A DNA stretch of 47,411 nt, from contig ADNK01002130.1 in NCBI GenBank assembly GCA_000320545.1, forward strand, positions 1 to 47,411. The letters run 5' to 3'. The stretch is from Bigelowiella natans CCMP2755. Lineage: Eukaryota; Protista; Cercozoa. Below the pieces are notes generated by a model, which was not told the origin of the DNA, did not search any database, and saw only the letters and a program-made list of their open reading frames with translations. Numbering within the stretch: position 1 is the first letter of the stretch; every line of letters begins with the position of its first letter. A program made the translations under genes and the position numbers. Below, in pieces: positions 24,917-36,987 of this stretch.

Positions 24917-25347
24917 TAATTTCCATGTCGCGATCTAGGAATCGCGTCCATTCACGTGCCTTTTCAACTTCCACAAATCCAGTCCCTCGGGCCATTTTGT
25001 GACGTTGCCATTCGAAAGCGAGCTCCCCCATCACTTGTGTCTACTAGGTCTACTCTGTTGAGCGCGATGTGTAGATCGTTTTGGTTCTAAAATGCATGTG
25101 ACCCGTGTGCCCATGTGTGGATATGGAAACCAAAAGTTGAGATGCGCCCAATGAGCGAGCATCGTTTTAGCTGCGGAAGAATTACATTATCATGTTTCAT
25201 CGTCATTCATTGATACCGAAATGATGTTGGTTTTTGTTCACATTCAACATTGCAGATAGCAACCCAATGAAAAATTATCAAAAATCGGAAATTGCGAGCG
25301 AAATTAGTGACATCTTCTTCTCTTAGATTCTAGTCACCTACAACGAA

Positions 25348-26523
25348 ATGGTCTGGACGTTCGAGGCGGCTACTCAGGGCTTGTACAATGCGGTATCAGA
25401 TGGATTCTATGTCGGTGTAAGCGGGGGCGCTGCTATGATGGCTCAGGTTGTGCATTGTCTAATCACTACACATGTTCAAATTGAACGAATGGTGGCGAAG
25501 AAACATAAATTACGATATGAAATCTTTGCTGAATCGCCATCATCCTTCTACGAAACATACATACTGATACCCACTTAGGTGACTACCTTCATGTGGTTAC
25601 ACACAGTAATGAAATATCAGTATCGATTTGGAACAAGCATAACAGAAACTTTCGCTGCATTGTGGAAGGACGGAGGTTTCTTACGCTTTTATCGGGGCTA
25701 TGGCATGGCAATCGTCAATGCACCGATTAGCCGAGCAGGAAGCACAGCCGCCAACAAGGCCGCTCTAACATTCCTAGATCACATGATTGCATCTTCGGAG
25801 AAAGAGAATCAGCATAAAGGCAATGATAGCATTCGACTTCCAATGTGGGTCACGACTGTCTTTTCAGCTTCCATTGCATCTGTAGGAAAAATATTCCTCA
25901 CTCCCTTCGATATGGTTCAGACATCTTTACAGGTGGGAAGAAAGGGTGCACACTCTGACATAATGGGGAAAATCCGTCGTGACGGAATATTTGTCCTCTG
26001 GCATGGCAGCGCAGCCATTTATCTCTCGTCCATTGTGTCCAACTTCTCCTGGTTTTGTGTTTACAATACGCTTAGCCATCGATGGGAATTGCCCCCATTG
26101 ACCCCACGCCACAGTAATGCTAATAGTCATAGCAGTAGGGATCCCAATCTATCTGAGAATAGCAGCTACGACAGGGATCCCATGAATGCTGATGATGATT
26201 TCGAAAACCACGGAGAGATTGGAAAGAGAAGGGTTCATCACGTGCTTATTCGCGATGCTACCATTGGTATTTGTGCATCGTTCACTGCGGACATTGCGAC
26301 CAATTCGCTCAAGGTTCTAAAAACACACAGACAGACTACACCAAATAGCATCGGTTACACAACAGCCTTTTTTGACATCACGCGCACGGATGGATTCATC
26401 GGACCCTTTACCAGAGGACTCAAAGTGAGGATATTTGTTAATGGCTGTCAAGGGGCCTTTTTCACAATGATATGGAATGGGCTGCAGAGAAGACTCCTTC
26501 CATTAGATAACCAAAATCAATAA
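25348..26523 (+). CDS. Mitochondrial carrier family (SLC25-like) protein. Exons ~25348-25446 and 25579-26523; the start may lie slightly upstream
   Basis: SGGAAMMAQ|VTTFMWLHTVMKYQYRFGT...LWKDGGFLRFYRG, LTPFDMVQTSLQV...DGIFVLWHG and TNSLKVLKTHRQT...DGFIGPFTRGLKVRI form three degenerate carrier repeats related to Px(D/E)xx(K/R) and (D/E)GxxxxxRG. Confidence 0.88.
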
Positions 26524-26748
26524 TTCAAGGGTTGGGCATCATGTTTGAGTGCACAGCAGCGATGAAAAGTGCTGAATAAACCAGAAATGAACTCGAAACA
26601 TTGTGCATGCTACCTGCTCATGCTCATCACTCATCACACGTCTAGTGTTGTTGCAACGTCATTGCAATCGCATGTGGAATCGTGTTAGTCCTCATAGTCA
26701 CGCGTGCAGAACACACTCTAGAGTGTGTAGCACAGTGTCACTAGTGTA

Positions 26749-27682
26749 GCAAGTTCACACAAAGCAATGCAAATCTGAAAATGTGCAACAAATTGAGTGA
26801 GAGCAGATGTGTGCATGTGTGCATGTGTGTGTGTCATTGCATGCAGCTGGCATGTGCGTGTGTGTGGGCACTGTGTTGCAAGCAGCGCACACAGCGTGGA
26901 TGATGGCTGTGGCATGAATGGGCATGGCCATGATCAAATGAGTGCATTCTGGCTGTCACAGTGCAAACCTCACTGACTCTGGTGCTCACGCACAGCTGCC
27001 TCGTCGTTGACAGTTTTGACGGATCAATTGGTGTTCCGCCATGATGTGATCATTGCCACTCTGCCTAGCTCTGGCACTGCTAGACTGCCCGTGAAACAAT
27101 GGAATTTTGTGTGCAGGCAGTTTTGACTCTCATCGACATTTCATGTTTGACAACAATGTTGATTTTCCCTTTTCAATCTCCTTCAGTGAGTCCATCACAA
27201 GGCTCTCACTTCTGGACGGAGAGGTTTGCGAGTTGCACAGCTGACAAGTGCTTTGGCTCACACCAGCAGAACGCACATTGCCACCCTGTTGTCCTTCAAA
27301 GGAGAGGAAAGTGACTGCACATTCTCCCTGCTCTTCTTGCAAGGAATCATCTGATTTTGATGCTTGCGCAGAAGTGATCATCAGCAGGCACCGCTAGACC
27401 GGTTCAGAGGTGTGTGCCACACAGCACACGTGATGCAAATTCTGCACAACGCTGCGTGTGCAGGATGAACAATGAACAATGAACAATGAACAATGATGAT
27501 GAACCAAATTTCCAAAACGTTGCAAGACACTTGCAGTGTGCGAGACGCAGTGCCTCGAACTAGCTTCAGTGAGGACCAACTGGTGAACCAGCAGGGTGAC
27601 GAACGTCATTGCTTCTTTGAAGTCGATCAGAGCAGCGACGAACAATCGGCGGTTTGATCAGTGCGACAATCGATGACAGTCT
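26749..27682. other. TpA-depleted intergenic island 2
   Basis: Manual count finds only 4 TA in 934 bp, all in CTAG (27065, 27080, 27394, 27560). Confidence 0.93.
27465..27496 (+). repeat. (ATGAACA)4.5 heptamer tandem repeat; two copies of the same unit at 24758-24771
   Basis: Read directly from the sequence. Confidence 0.85.
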
Positions 27683-27816
27683 TAATGATCTGAAATGAAG
27701 CGTGAGTCTTGTACGTCCTGCGACATTTAATTGTCAGCTTCAAAGGTCGAAAACAAAGGGGATTTTTGCGATTTTGCGCTCAAATTTGAACATATTCAAA
27801 TTTTGCTCCCTGCCCC

Positions 27817-29703
27817 ATGGCCAACCTCCCTCTGAAAGGAGTGTTCCCTCTCGTGATCCTCTTTCTCTATGGGCCACGGGAACATGCCATTTCTCATGGC
27901 GAAAACCGGGGATGGGGAGGCATTTTGATGGCGCATTCTGCTCGGGTTGTGAGGAGGGCAATCATTAATCAGACAGCCCTCGAGCACACAATCAGGGCCT
28001 ATCGTGTTGAGTCGCCGTTCTCAAAGGTGACCAAATTCTTCAACGGTGAAACTGGATGGGCCTGTTGTCGACCTTGTGTAACAGAGCATTATCCACAAGT
28101 CGATGACATGTTTGGGACGAGTGAAGCCTACGGAGATGCAGTTGGCACAGTGCCTTTGATAATGAGAATGCAAGATCAGTTAGAGCAGGTAATAGTAGAA
28201 ATGCTGCTGCCGTTCGGTGGATGTATGTGATTGTTTCTATCAAGTTGCACTTCAGTAGAAAACAGGATTCCGCTTCGAATATTTGTCTACTTTCCTGAAA
28301 GCCATGTGTACGTATCTACAGAGGAACACGCCCAGGGCCATCTTCAAGCGAAAATTGGCAGAGATTCGGGAACTAGTAGAAAAGGAGCTAGAACGAAACA
28401 GAACGGCGTCTGCGTCAAAATCCTCGAGCGGAAGTAAAAGCTCAAAATCTGGGAATTCCAAAAACAAAGGATCTTCACCAAAGAAAGGAGTGACCGTCGA
28501 CGAGCGTGGAATGGCATATCAGCCTGAAGAATGGGGTTCGTTGCATTAAATTTCAGTTTTTAGTGTCGAACAACAATTGCACCATCACATCTCACGTTCA
28601 GCAGATGGCCTCCTTTCTTCTCAAATCATAGTTGTTCTTCGTGCTTATTATAAAACTGCTACCAACATCGATAGGTAACAAAGAAAACAAATGCTGCCCC
28701 GTATGTCCGCAAGAAATGGTAGCTGCGATCGAGATATCGTCCGAATATACCACGTGGTCATCCCAGAGGGAAGAAAACGAGGAGGGGGGGGAGGATATAT
28801 CAATCGGAGGGAAGCCAAAGTCATCTTCCAAAAAAAAATCGAATTCAAAGTCATCTTCTTCAAAAAAATCGAGTTCTAAGTCCTCATCCTCCTCGAAAGC
28901 AAGCTCAAAGTCAAAGTCCTCATCCTCCTCGAAATTGGCGTCAAGCAGCAGCTCGCCAGGTCCTTTAGCGGGTCTCTCTGCTGCCGTTAAAAATCGGATC
29001 AAAGCTGAGAATTATGGTGAAAGAAACCGATATTTGAACGTCCCGATGACATCGCTAGATATGCCTCCTTGCTGCCGCTTCTGCGACGCTCCCTATTCAA
29101 AGGTAGTAAAAAGCATAAGCAACCATATCAATTTTTCTGAGAAGAATTTCCGGCACATTTGAAAATAGAAGGAGACACAGGGAAAGGGGGGAGGGGGCTG
29201 CTGATGCTGATGATGTTGTGTTGGCTTTAGCTGGCAACGTCTTGATACCTCGCCTTTTGTGCTGTTTATTCGGTACTCAGAAACGGTACGCAGATGTCGT
29301 GTCGCTACCCTATCAGAAGTATCACTACACAGGGGACGGAAAGACGTTCGGCTTTAGAGGACCGACTGTACCCCACATGCAACGAGACTATAGACCAGTG
29401 ATATTTGCTGAAACTGAGTCGGTATCCTCCTCCTCCTCCTCCGCCTCAGCTTTGTCATCGAGTACGAGTGAAGAGAATATGAACTCTCAGAAGATTTCTC
29501 AGGCTTCATCGCAGTCTGAGGCGAAGGGCAGCCAGGGAGTGTTCCCCATTAAAGGCTACAGCCCTGCGAAGCCAGCTCCGCAGTGTTGTCAGGATTGCAC
29601 GGTGCCTCCAGAGACCGGAGAAAACTCTATACTTAAATGGGACAACCTACAGGCTGGCTTCGAAGTACCTCAAGAGGCTTTCAAACCAATATATGTCCAT
29701 TAG
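27817..29703 (+). CDS. Hypothetical, probably secreted protein with four CCxxC motifs and Ser/Lys-rich linkers (about 4 exons)
   Basis: The N-terminus is hydrophobic (LKGVFPLVILFLYG). In-frame splices link ORFs 27817, 28283, 28632 and 29218. Motifs are CCRPC, CCPVC, CCRFC and CCQDC; stop at 29701-29703. Confidence 0.7.
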
Positions 29704-29771
29704 AATTTCTCGCATACTAACATGCGAAGATTATTTTTGGCGCTGCTATCTCCTGTTATTTGTGCTCTGTG

Positions 29772-29803
<32 letters not shown>

Positions 29804-30516
29804 GCCAATCATGAGAGCGTGATGCATTGAGTCATAAACTGTAATCAGAAGTTGCTATTGTGTGCATAAGAATGTAAATTTCTTGCGTATACATGTTTGC
29901 ATCCATTCGTCACTGCATGCAGCACGCACGCTCTTGCTTTGTCATGTTTCACAGGCTCATAGAGATTGCGCAGTTTTCGCATGCACATTGAACATATATA
30001 AATATTTCATCAACCTGCGAATACATTCTGCGTTTTCACAATGCAGGCCTTTGGTGTATGTGTACGTACGCTGTATATTAGTGTAGGTAAAAAACGCATC
30101 TCTAGTAGCAATATATTACCAGGCCATATCTAGATTATGCAAACGACAGCTTTAGCTTAGCTACGTCAGCGCACCACGACAAAGCCACTACTCCTACACC
30201 ATTCCGCATATATTATACACTCCCATAGCATACTTCTCACAATATTATAAGTTGACTCCGCTGTGCTGTTTCCATTGTCAACCCCATCATTTTAAGTAAC
30301 ACGCATCATGCATGCGCTCTTCGTTCATCGCGCGCACATTTCTCATCTGTCGCCGTCACTGAGGAACTTCGCTACGCCAGGGAACATCCTTTCCGGTGAA
30401 ATCGGCACGTATGGTATCTCTAAGACATCTTTGCAACCCTTGAAAACACAGAAAGCAGGTGGCGAGCAATAATACATATGCTGATCAGGATCGTAATGCA
30501 GTTTGTAAAAGGGCTT

Positions 30517-30796
30517 CTACTCCCCCGCTTTGCCCATCTCTCTTAACACCAGCCTCAACCTCGGCCCTTCATTGCATTTGAAAATTGCTACCTTATCGTG
30601 TGCTCGAAGAGCCTTCCGTAGCCTAGATCGAGCAGCCTCCTCCTCTGTACATTTCGAGGCGTGGTGTTTCGGTGATGGCGGCGACGATTTGCCCGCGAGG
30701 GGGGGTTCGAAATCAAGGATGGCCATCATTGCATGCAGCACGCCAGTCTGAGCAGGAAAAGCAAGTGAGCTGATATTATTATACATATTTACATTT

Positions 30797-30834
<38 letters not shown>

Positions 30835-31673
30835 TATATAATATGCATTATATCCCGACACAGTGATGCAGTAGCTTCGCTATCATGCATTGATCGAGAG
30901 GAAGGAGGAGGGGGAGGAGGAGTCCTTACCTTAAGACGCTTGTCGAAGTCTTGGTTATTTGTCATCATCGACGGATTTGCGTTAACCTTCACAAACAACA
31001 GATGATAAGAACACAGGTATTGATAGAATAGCAGCCGGCGGAGGAGGAGGAGGAAGAGCAGGAGGAAGAATAGAATGAGGGTGCGGAGAGCAGCAGTGGC
31101 AGTAACACCTCAAGCAAGTGAGGCCGTCCTTGCTGATCGAGGAGAAAGTCGAAGCCTAGGAGCTGGTAAAGTCCCCACTCGTGTGGGCTTGCAACGGATG
31201 TTTTCCTTTCCCCCTCATGCGTGCCCCTCCTCTCCGTCTTCTCGCCACCGACGCGGCTACCATCGCCGGCCATCGTAGCGGCAGCACCCGAGCGAGTTCT
31301 CCCTTGAAATGAGGCGGAGGCTGAGGAGGACGATGAGAATGCAGCACCTCCTTCCGAAGTGTCGATCATCCTACCTGTGCAGATTTTAGTTGCGGATGCC
31401 GCTCGCTTCTGCTTCCCCTCCCCCCCCTGTTTATCTCTCTCCTTTCTCCTCGGGACTCTGTAGAGGCCTCGGAGCAAACGGGAGACATCCTGATTGTAAC
31501 GTGCAAACGAGGAAGAAGGGGGGGGAGAGGTTGCTGCCTCAGGCATCGCTCGCACAGCGTTTGGCGTTGACGTTTGTTGCGGTGCAACGAATGAATACGG
31601 GGCACCGCCAGCAGCCGATGTAGGTAGCAGCAGTAGGACTAGTAAATACAAGAAAGCTCGTGTGCACACGTAG

Positions 31674-31731
<58 letters not shown>

Positions 31732-33087
31732 CGTGTGTACATAATGTGTGTATGCGTTGGTATCTCCTCACCTTCTCAACGACGCGTGGAGGGGGGTCTA
31801 CTCCATGTTTGAGCGTAGCCCAGCCTTTAGCTGGAGGGTGGTGATGACTAGCATAGCTGCTCGTCGTACTAGTTGCTGACTTGCCAACAGGTTTATCTCC
31901 ATCTTCTCCTTCGTTCTCAATGTGCGGAGCATCAACGCTGTAAAGATCGATTTCTATCTCTTCCTTTTTCTTCTTCTTCTTCTTCCTCTTCACCTTCGTC
32001 CTGCCAGTAGGCTCTTTGGCGCGACACTTCTGCTCTGATGGTGTAGTAGCTTCCGCTCCCTCCCCCCCCTCCCCCTTCTCAGATTTCTTGGAGTTTGTTT
32101 CTGCTGCTCCTGCTGGAGATGGCGCTGCTATACGGCTTAGCCACCACTTGTGCTTCCCGGTGGTAGCACCTTTAAGACAACATCAAATGCACGTCATCCA
32201 TCATCATTCCTCTCTGTTGTCGTAACACCTAAATATCCGACCTTTGGCCCTGCAGATGCGGAAAAGCCTCCCATCGAATGCAATCTATGAGGGGGGAGGA
32301 GGGAGGAGGAAGGAGGGGGAGGAGGAGGAAGAAGAGGGGAAGGAAGCAGAAATCAACTCGCACACACTGAATTGATATAATTGATGCTGCTTTTGTTTAC
32401 CTTTTCATATTTAGGCGCCCCCCCCCTTTTTCCGTTTTGCCAGAATTCCCCATCGACGGCATCGGACCCCTTTTGAATGTCCAGTGGAGGGAGAGGCGGT
32501 TGTCGTTTGATGATAGTGAAGATGAGCAGGTGTGGTTGGCAAGGGTGAGTGATACGAGACATAGGCGGCGATGACAAAAGCAGCAGCAGCAGCAGCAACA
32601 ACAACAACAACACATCAAAATTAGCGTGCTTAATACAGGTAGATTTGTGGAGTTTATTTACAGAGTAGTGGTAGTAGCAGTGATAGTAATAATTAGTACT
32701 AATAGTACTAATAGTGGTAATACCGCTCCAACGACCCACACCGTCGGTGCAAAGCGCTCATCAATCACTTTGCCAGTGTATGGGTTTCGCCGAGGTTCTT
32801 CTTGTTGTTGTTGCTGCTGCTGCTGCTGTCGTTGTAACACTCCGCCTCCCCCTTTTTCTTCCATCATCGCGCCTCCTTTAAAATCATCGTTGGCGCCCAC
32901 GTGAGTAGGGTAGATGATAGTGTGCGGGGGAGGCGGAATAGGCCTCTTTGCTTCCTCGAGTGCCTCCGAGAACGCCTTCTTCAAGCGAGGCTGGAGTGCC
33001 AGGAGCGTCTTTGCAACCATTTCGTCTACACGCCTCCAGAATGTTTGCTCTGTAAGCTGGGAGGAGTACCTAGAGGCGAACAAGGTT

Positions 33088-33119
<32 letters not shown>

Positions 33120-35491
33120 CGTGTTATTTTTCTTCGTCGTTTATCTTCTAATCTAATACGACACTGTTGGGGGAGGAGCTGGCTTGCATACCCTTGCTCT
33201 CGAAGCTGCTGAATGACGACCGATATCAGCCTTTTGTTGGCGTGAGGGTCTAATTCAACACCTCCAACAGCTGCTTCCTGTGAGGATGGAGATGACGACG
33301 AAACGATGATTACATGAAGTGATAGTGGTGGTAGTGGCACTAGGAGTAGTACTCGAGGTGGTAAGATGCGCCGGGATAATGTTACGGTCTTTGACATCAT
33401 CATCATCATCATCATCATCAACTTCATCATCATTTCCGCAACATAACTACGACACACACTGCATCGTTGGCAATTGTCGCCGCTGCCAGTGCCTGACGCG
33501 CCTGCTTACTTTGGTTTGTTTCTGAGCGTTATCTCCCGCCTCTGTTGTTTTCTTTTTAAGATTATCATGGCAACACAAGCAACAACGCCAGTGAATATTA
33601 ATCTAGATGCAAAAGAAGTGCTTCGCTTGCACTAAGCTGATGGTCGACAAAGGGCCAACTACCTTCTTTTCTTTTCCTTGCACGAATTTGTCGCTCATCT
33701 TGTTCAACGCATAGTTGGTGAGGTGGGAGCAAATCTGAGCATATGTATATGTTTAAATATGTGCTTGTGTGCGTTGTGTGGGCGCGTGTGTTTGTGAAAA
33801 TAAAGACCAGTATAACGCTACGATTTTAGGATTTTTTCAAGGATCATCACAGTTGTGATACAATTACGTTCGCGAGGTTCTCCGGTGCTGGCGCGCTGTA
33901 CTTCTCGACACAGACCCTAAGGAAGGAGGGGGGGGGGAGAGGGAGGAGGGAGAGGAGGAGGAAGCGAGAAGGAATAGAACGAAACAGATCAGCATGCCGC
34001 ACCAAAACTCAGCGAGCAAATCATTGGCCAAACGCTTCGAACGATAACATTCGATTTTGATTTGCCGTGTTGTTGTTGCTGTTGTTGTTGTCATTGTTGT
34101 TAGAGTCCTTCTTACCGCCCCATGCCTTCATGCAGCACATATGCCAGGAGAGGGTCAAGGCGACGGAGAACGACGTAGAGCCGACAGTCAAACTTGTACC
34201 CGTCCAAAAGCGCTGGCGCGGCAATGTACTCCTGCGCCATCTTGACGACGTACGTGCATGAAGAGGAGGCATTGGGTTATGTCAGTGAAAACTCAATCGA
34301 AACGCAGGGCTTAATAAATCCAAAAAGCAAGAGTCGAACCAATGATCCGTATCCTCGCATCTTCGCCAACCAGTTTTTCTTCTCAGCAAGCTTGCCCTAG
34401 GGGAGGGAGGGAGAGGACAGTAAGAATATGATGCAATGTTATATATAAAAACACCCGCGCGCGCGCACGGCCCTGCGAACCTCCGCCATGGCTTCATCCA
34501 CCTGCCCCCAGTTTTGCACCAGCTGTATTCTGACGACGGGGGGTGAATTAAGTGAGGAGGAGGAGGGGGGAGAGACGTTACTTTCATGACAATGGCTAGT
34601 GGGCAGAAGAGTAATGATGAAGATGGTGATGATGATGATGATGATTGATGGCAATCATATATAATATTGAGTGTTTTGTTTATTATCAAGCGACCCTCCG
34701 CCGCAGCTGCCTTTTAGAGGTTTAAGTATGTAGGTAGGAAGCTTGGAAGGCTTGGGACTAGAGGAGGAGGAGGAGGAGGAGGAGGAGGAAGAATCTGCTG
34801 CCGCTGCCGCTGCCGCTGCTTCTGCCCCCATTTGATTTTTCAACTCTTCAAACTCCTTCGGATCCATCAGATTCCAGCTGTGTTTGGGAGGGGGGAGGGT
34901 GTTTGGCGAAGAAAATGAGGGAAAATCCACCGCCCATCAACGTGAACATGAGATTGCTTATTTGAGGGAATAACGTGAGATGTGTGTGTACCCCCTTGGT
35001 AAGAAGTCAAATTCACCAGGAAATTGGTCTCGGACCCGATCAAACTGAACGCTTATATTGCCCTGTTGTTATTGTTGTTGTTGTTCATCAGATGTTAGTA
35101 AACGCGCTATACATTAACGTTCTAAAACGCGCAGAAGCACCCTTGCAAATACAAAATACGATACCACACAACTCGTACCGACTCTGTGTATGATGGATTA
35201 TTGGTGCCGTGTCTGTCGTTGTTTGTAATGAATTCGTCACAATGCTTGGACCTTATCCACAGCCTCTCGCATGCCAGGAAAATGATTCGTGATAGTCAAA
35301 TATCCAACGCCTGATGACGGATCCGCTCCTCCTCCTTTCCCGAAGATGGCTCGAAATGCAACGGGTGCCTCCGCTTCCCCGGTCAATAGTACCACAGAAA
35401 CGAAGTCGACGTCTTCGAACCCGCAGCTTGTATTAAGGAGCACACACGCACGCACGCACCATATATATTCTAAATATGTCTATGAGTGGAA

Positions 35492-35528
<37 letters not shown>

Positions 35529-36014
35529 GATTTTCTCTATACCGAGCCTTAGCCGCCTCGGCGACATCTCGAAGGTCGCGACGGAATTTCGCTACACGCT
35601 CCCGCTGAATGAGCCCGGTACCGTATGAGCGCCAATATCTCATCTGCAACGAACGAGTGAACGAGTCGTGTAGTAGAAACAATCGTTAGGAAAGAAGGCT
35701 GTCAATCGTCACACTGGTAACGGGGGAAACCTGTGTGCGTCTATGCAACACCTCACATGCTGACACGGTCTGAAAGCGCCCAAGCGAATATGATCGGACT
35801 GTCATGTTAGAACAGGGTGGTAGACAACCAGGTGTCAAATTATGATGACGATGTGTCAATTGAGAAAGAACGCGTATGTTTAACACTACTCGCAACTAAT
35901 GGTGGGAATAAATTTGATCGTTTTACAGTGCCGATGCGGTTTGCCTTTCCTTGGGCAGTCCTCGACGCGAAATCCCAGGGCACTTCGCCCGCCATTGAGC
36001 ACCACCACTGGCAT
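30517..36014 (-). CDS. TTLL11: Tubulin-tyrosine-ligase-like polyglutamylase, TTLL11-like, multi-exon (start uncertain)
   Basis: NHFPGMREAVDK, FPGEFDFLPRSW, YILKPLKGSCG, QEYIAAPALLDGYKFDCRLYV, EGMGRVCVEKY, SHLTNYALNK, YQLLGFDFLLDQQGRPHLLEVNANPSM. The EVNANPSM form is the one found in TTLL11. Confidence 0.88.
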
Positions 36015-36333
36015 GGAGCCTGGCCGCTCTAACTAGCCATCAGTCGACGATGCATGAACGGTACGACCAGGGAAATATTCGCATTAAGTGATTTTTTTTA
36101 GATGTTTTCCGATTAAAATGTAATCCAAAATAGTTTGGATAACGTGAGGCTCCGGTTTCCAGCCTGGACTCCAGTGTTGGACACAAAACTGCCCTAGGTT
36201 TGACTGAGGAGCTGAGCTTTTGACCAAACGCAAAGAAGAGAAGGCCTCGGTAGGGGGATCAATTAGGAAATCAGCAGTTTGTCTGTTGTCGCACCAGATG
36301 TTTACTCTTCAATGTTTGCAACTTGCAACGTTA

Positions 36334-36987
36334 GTCTTGCAACATTTTGGAAACGCAGCAGTGGAATGCTTGTTTTCCACGAGGTCCTTGCACGTGAACG
36401 ATGAAAACAACGATGATCAATGCCTGCATGAATGAATTGGGAACATGCCACTCTGTGAAATCCTTGCTGAGCATGTGTGTGCAATGTGCAATGTGCTGGT
36501 GTGGCAGCTGCAGCAATGCCATCTCCAAACCCAATTGCTCCAAACCTGGCCACCTGCACTCGATCCGTCCTTTTCCCGTGTTTGCTTGTGAGGTGCTCAG
36601 CTCGCATTGCTAGATTGCCATTGCAATGATGATCACACTTGAACAACAATTCCAGAGCTAGAGAGTTCTAGAGTTGTGCGTTCAAGTCCATTCCAGCATT
36701 GCACGTGACTGTTGAAAATTGAACGCGTTGAACATTGAAATTTCGGCACCGCTCACACAGCACAACAATGTCATCACAAAAGGATGATTTTTTCGTCCTG
36801 ATGATTTCACAGCCTCTCACCATAGCCACGTCTGATTCCGAATGCAGATGTCCATTGTTTCGATCCGGTTGCAAGAGCATGAGAGCATGCAAAACTGCAA
36901 AACAACAAGACAACTCTCGCGGATCTGGCTAGCTGGCGCTGCAGCAAGTGCACTCGACGGAACGTGGCATTCTAGCATTGCTTGAAA
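36334..36987. other. TpA-depleted intergenic island 3
   Basis: Manual count finds 6 TA in 654 bp: CTAG at 36610, 36658, 36668, 36929 and 36972, plus ATAG at 36822. Confidence 0.9.

Noticed and set aside
23979-27682. Fungal-type RIP or CpG-methylation decay as the cause of TG/CA richness
   Set aside because: RIP would enrich TA, and 5mC decay would deplete CpG. Here TA is lost and CpG is abundant.
23979-36987. Islands as transposon or viral insertions
   Set aside because: I saw no terminal repeats, target-site duplications, transposase/RT motifs or mutual similarity. Degenerate relics cannot be fully excluded without a search.
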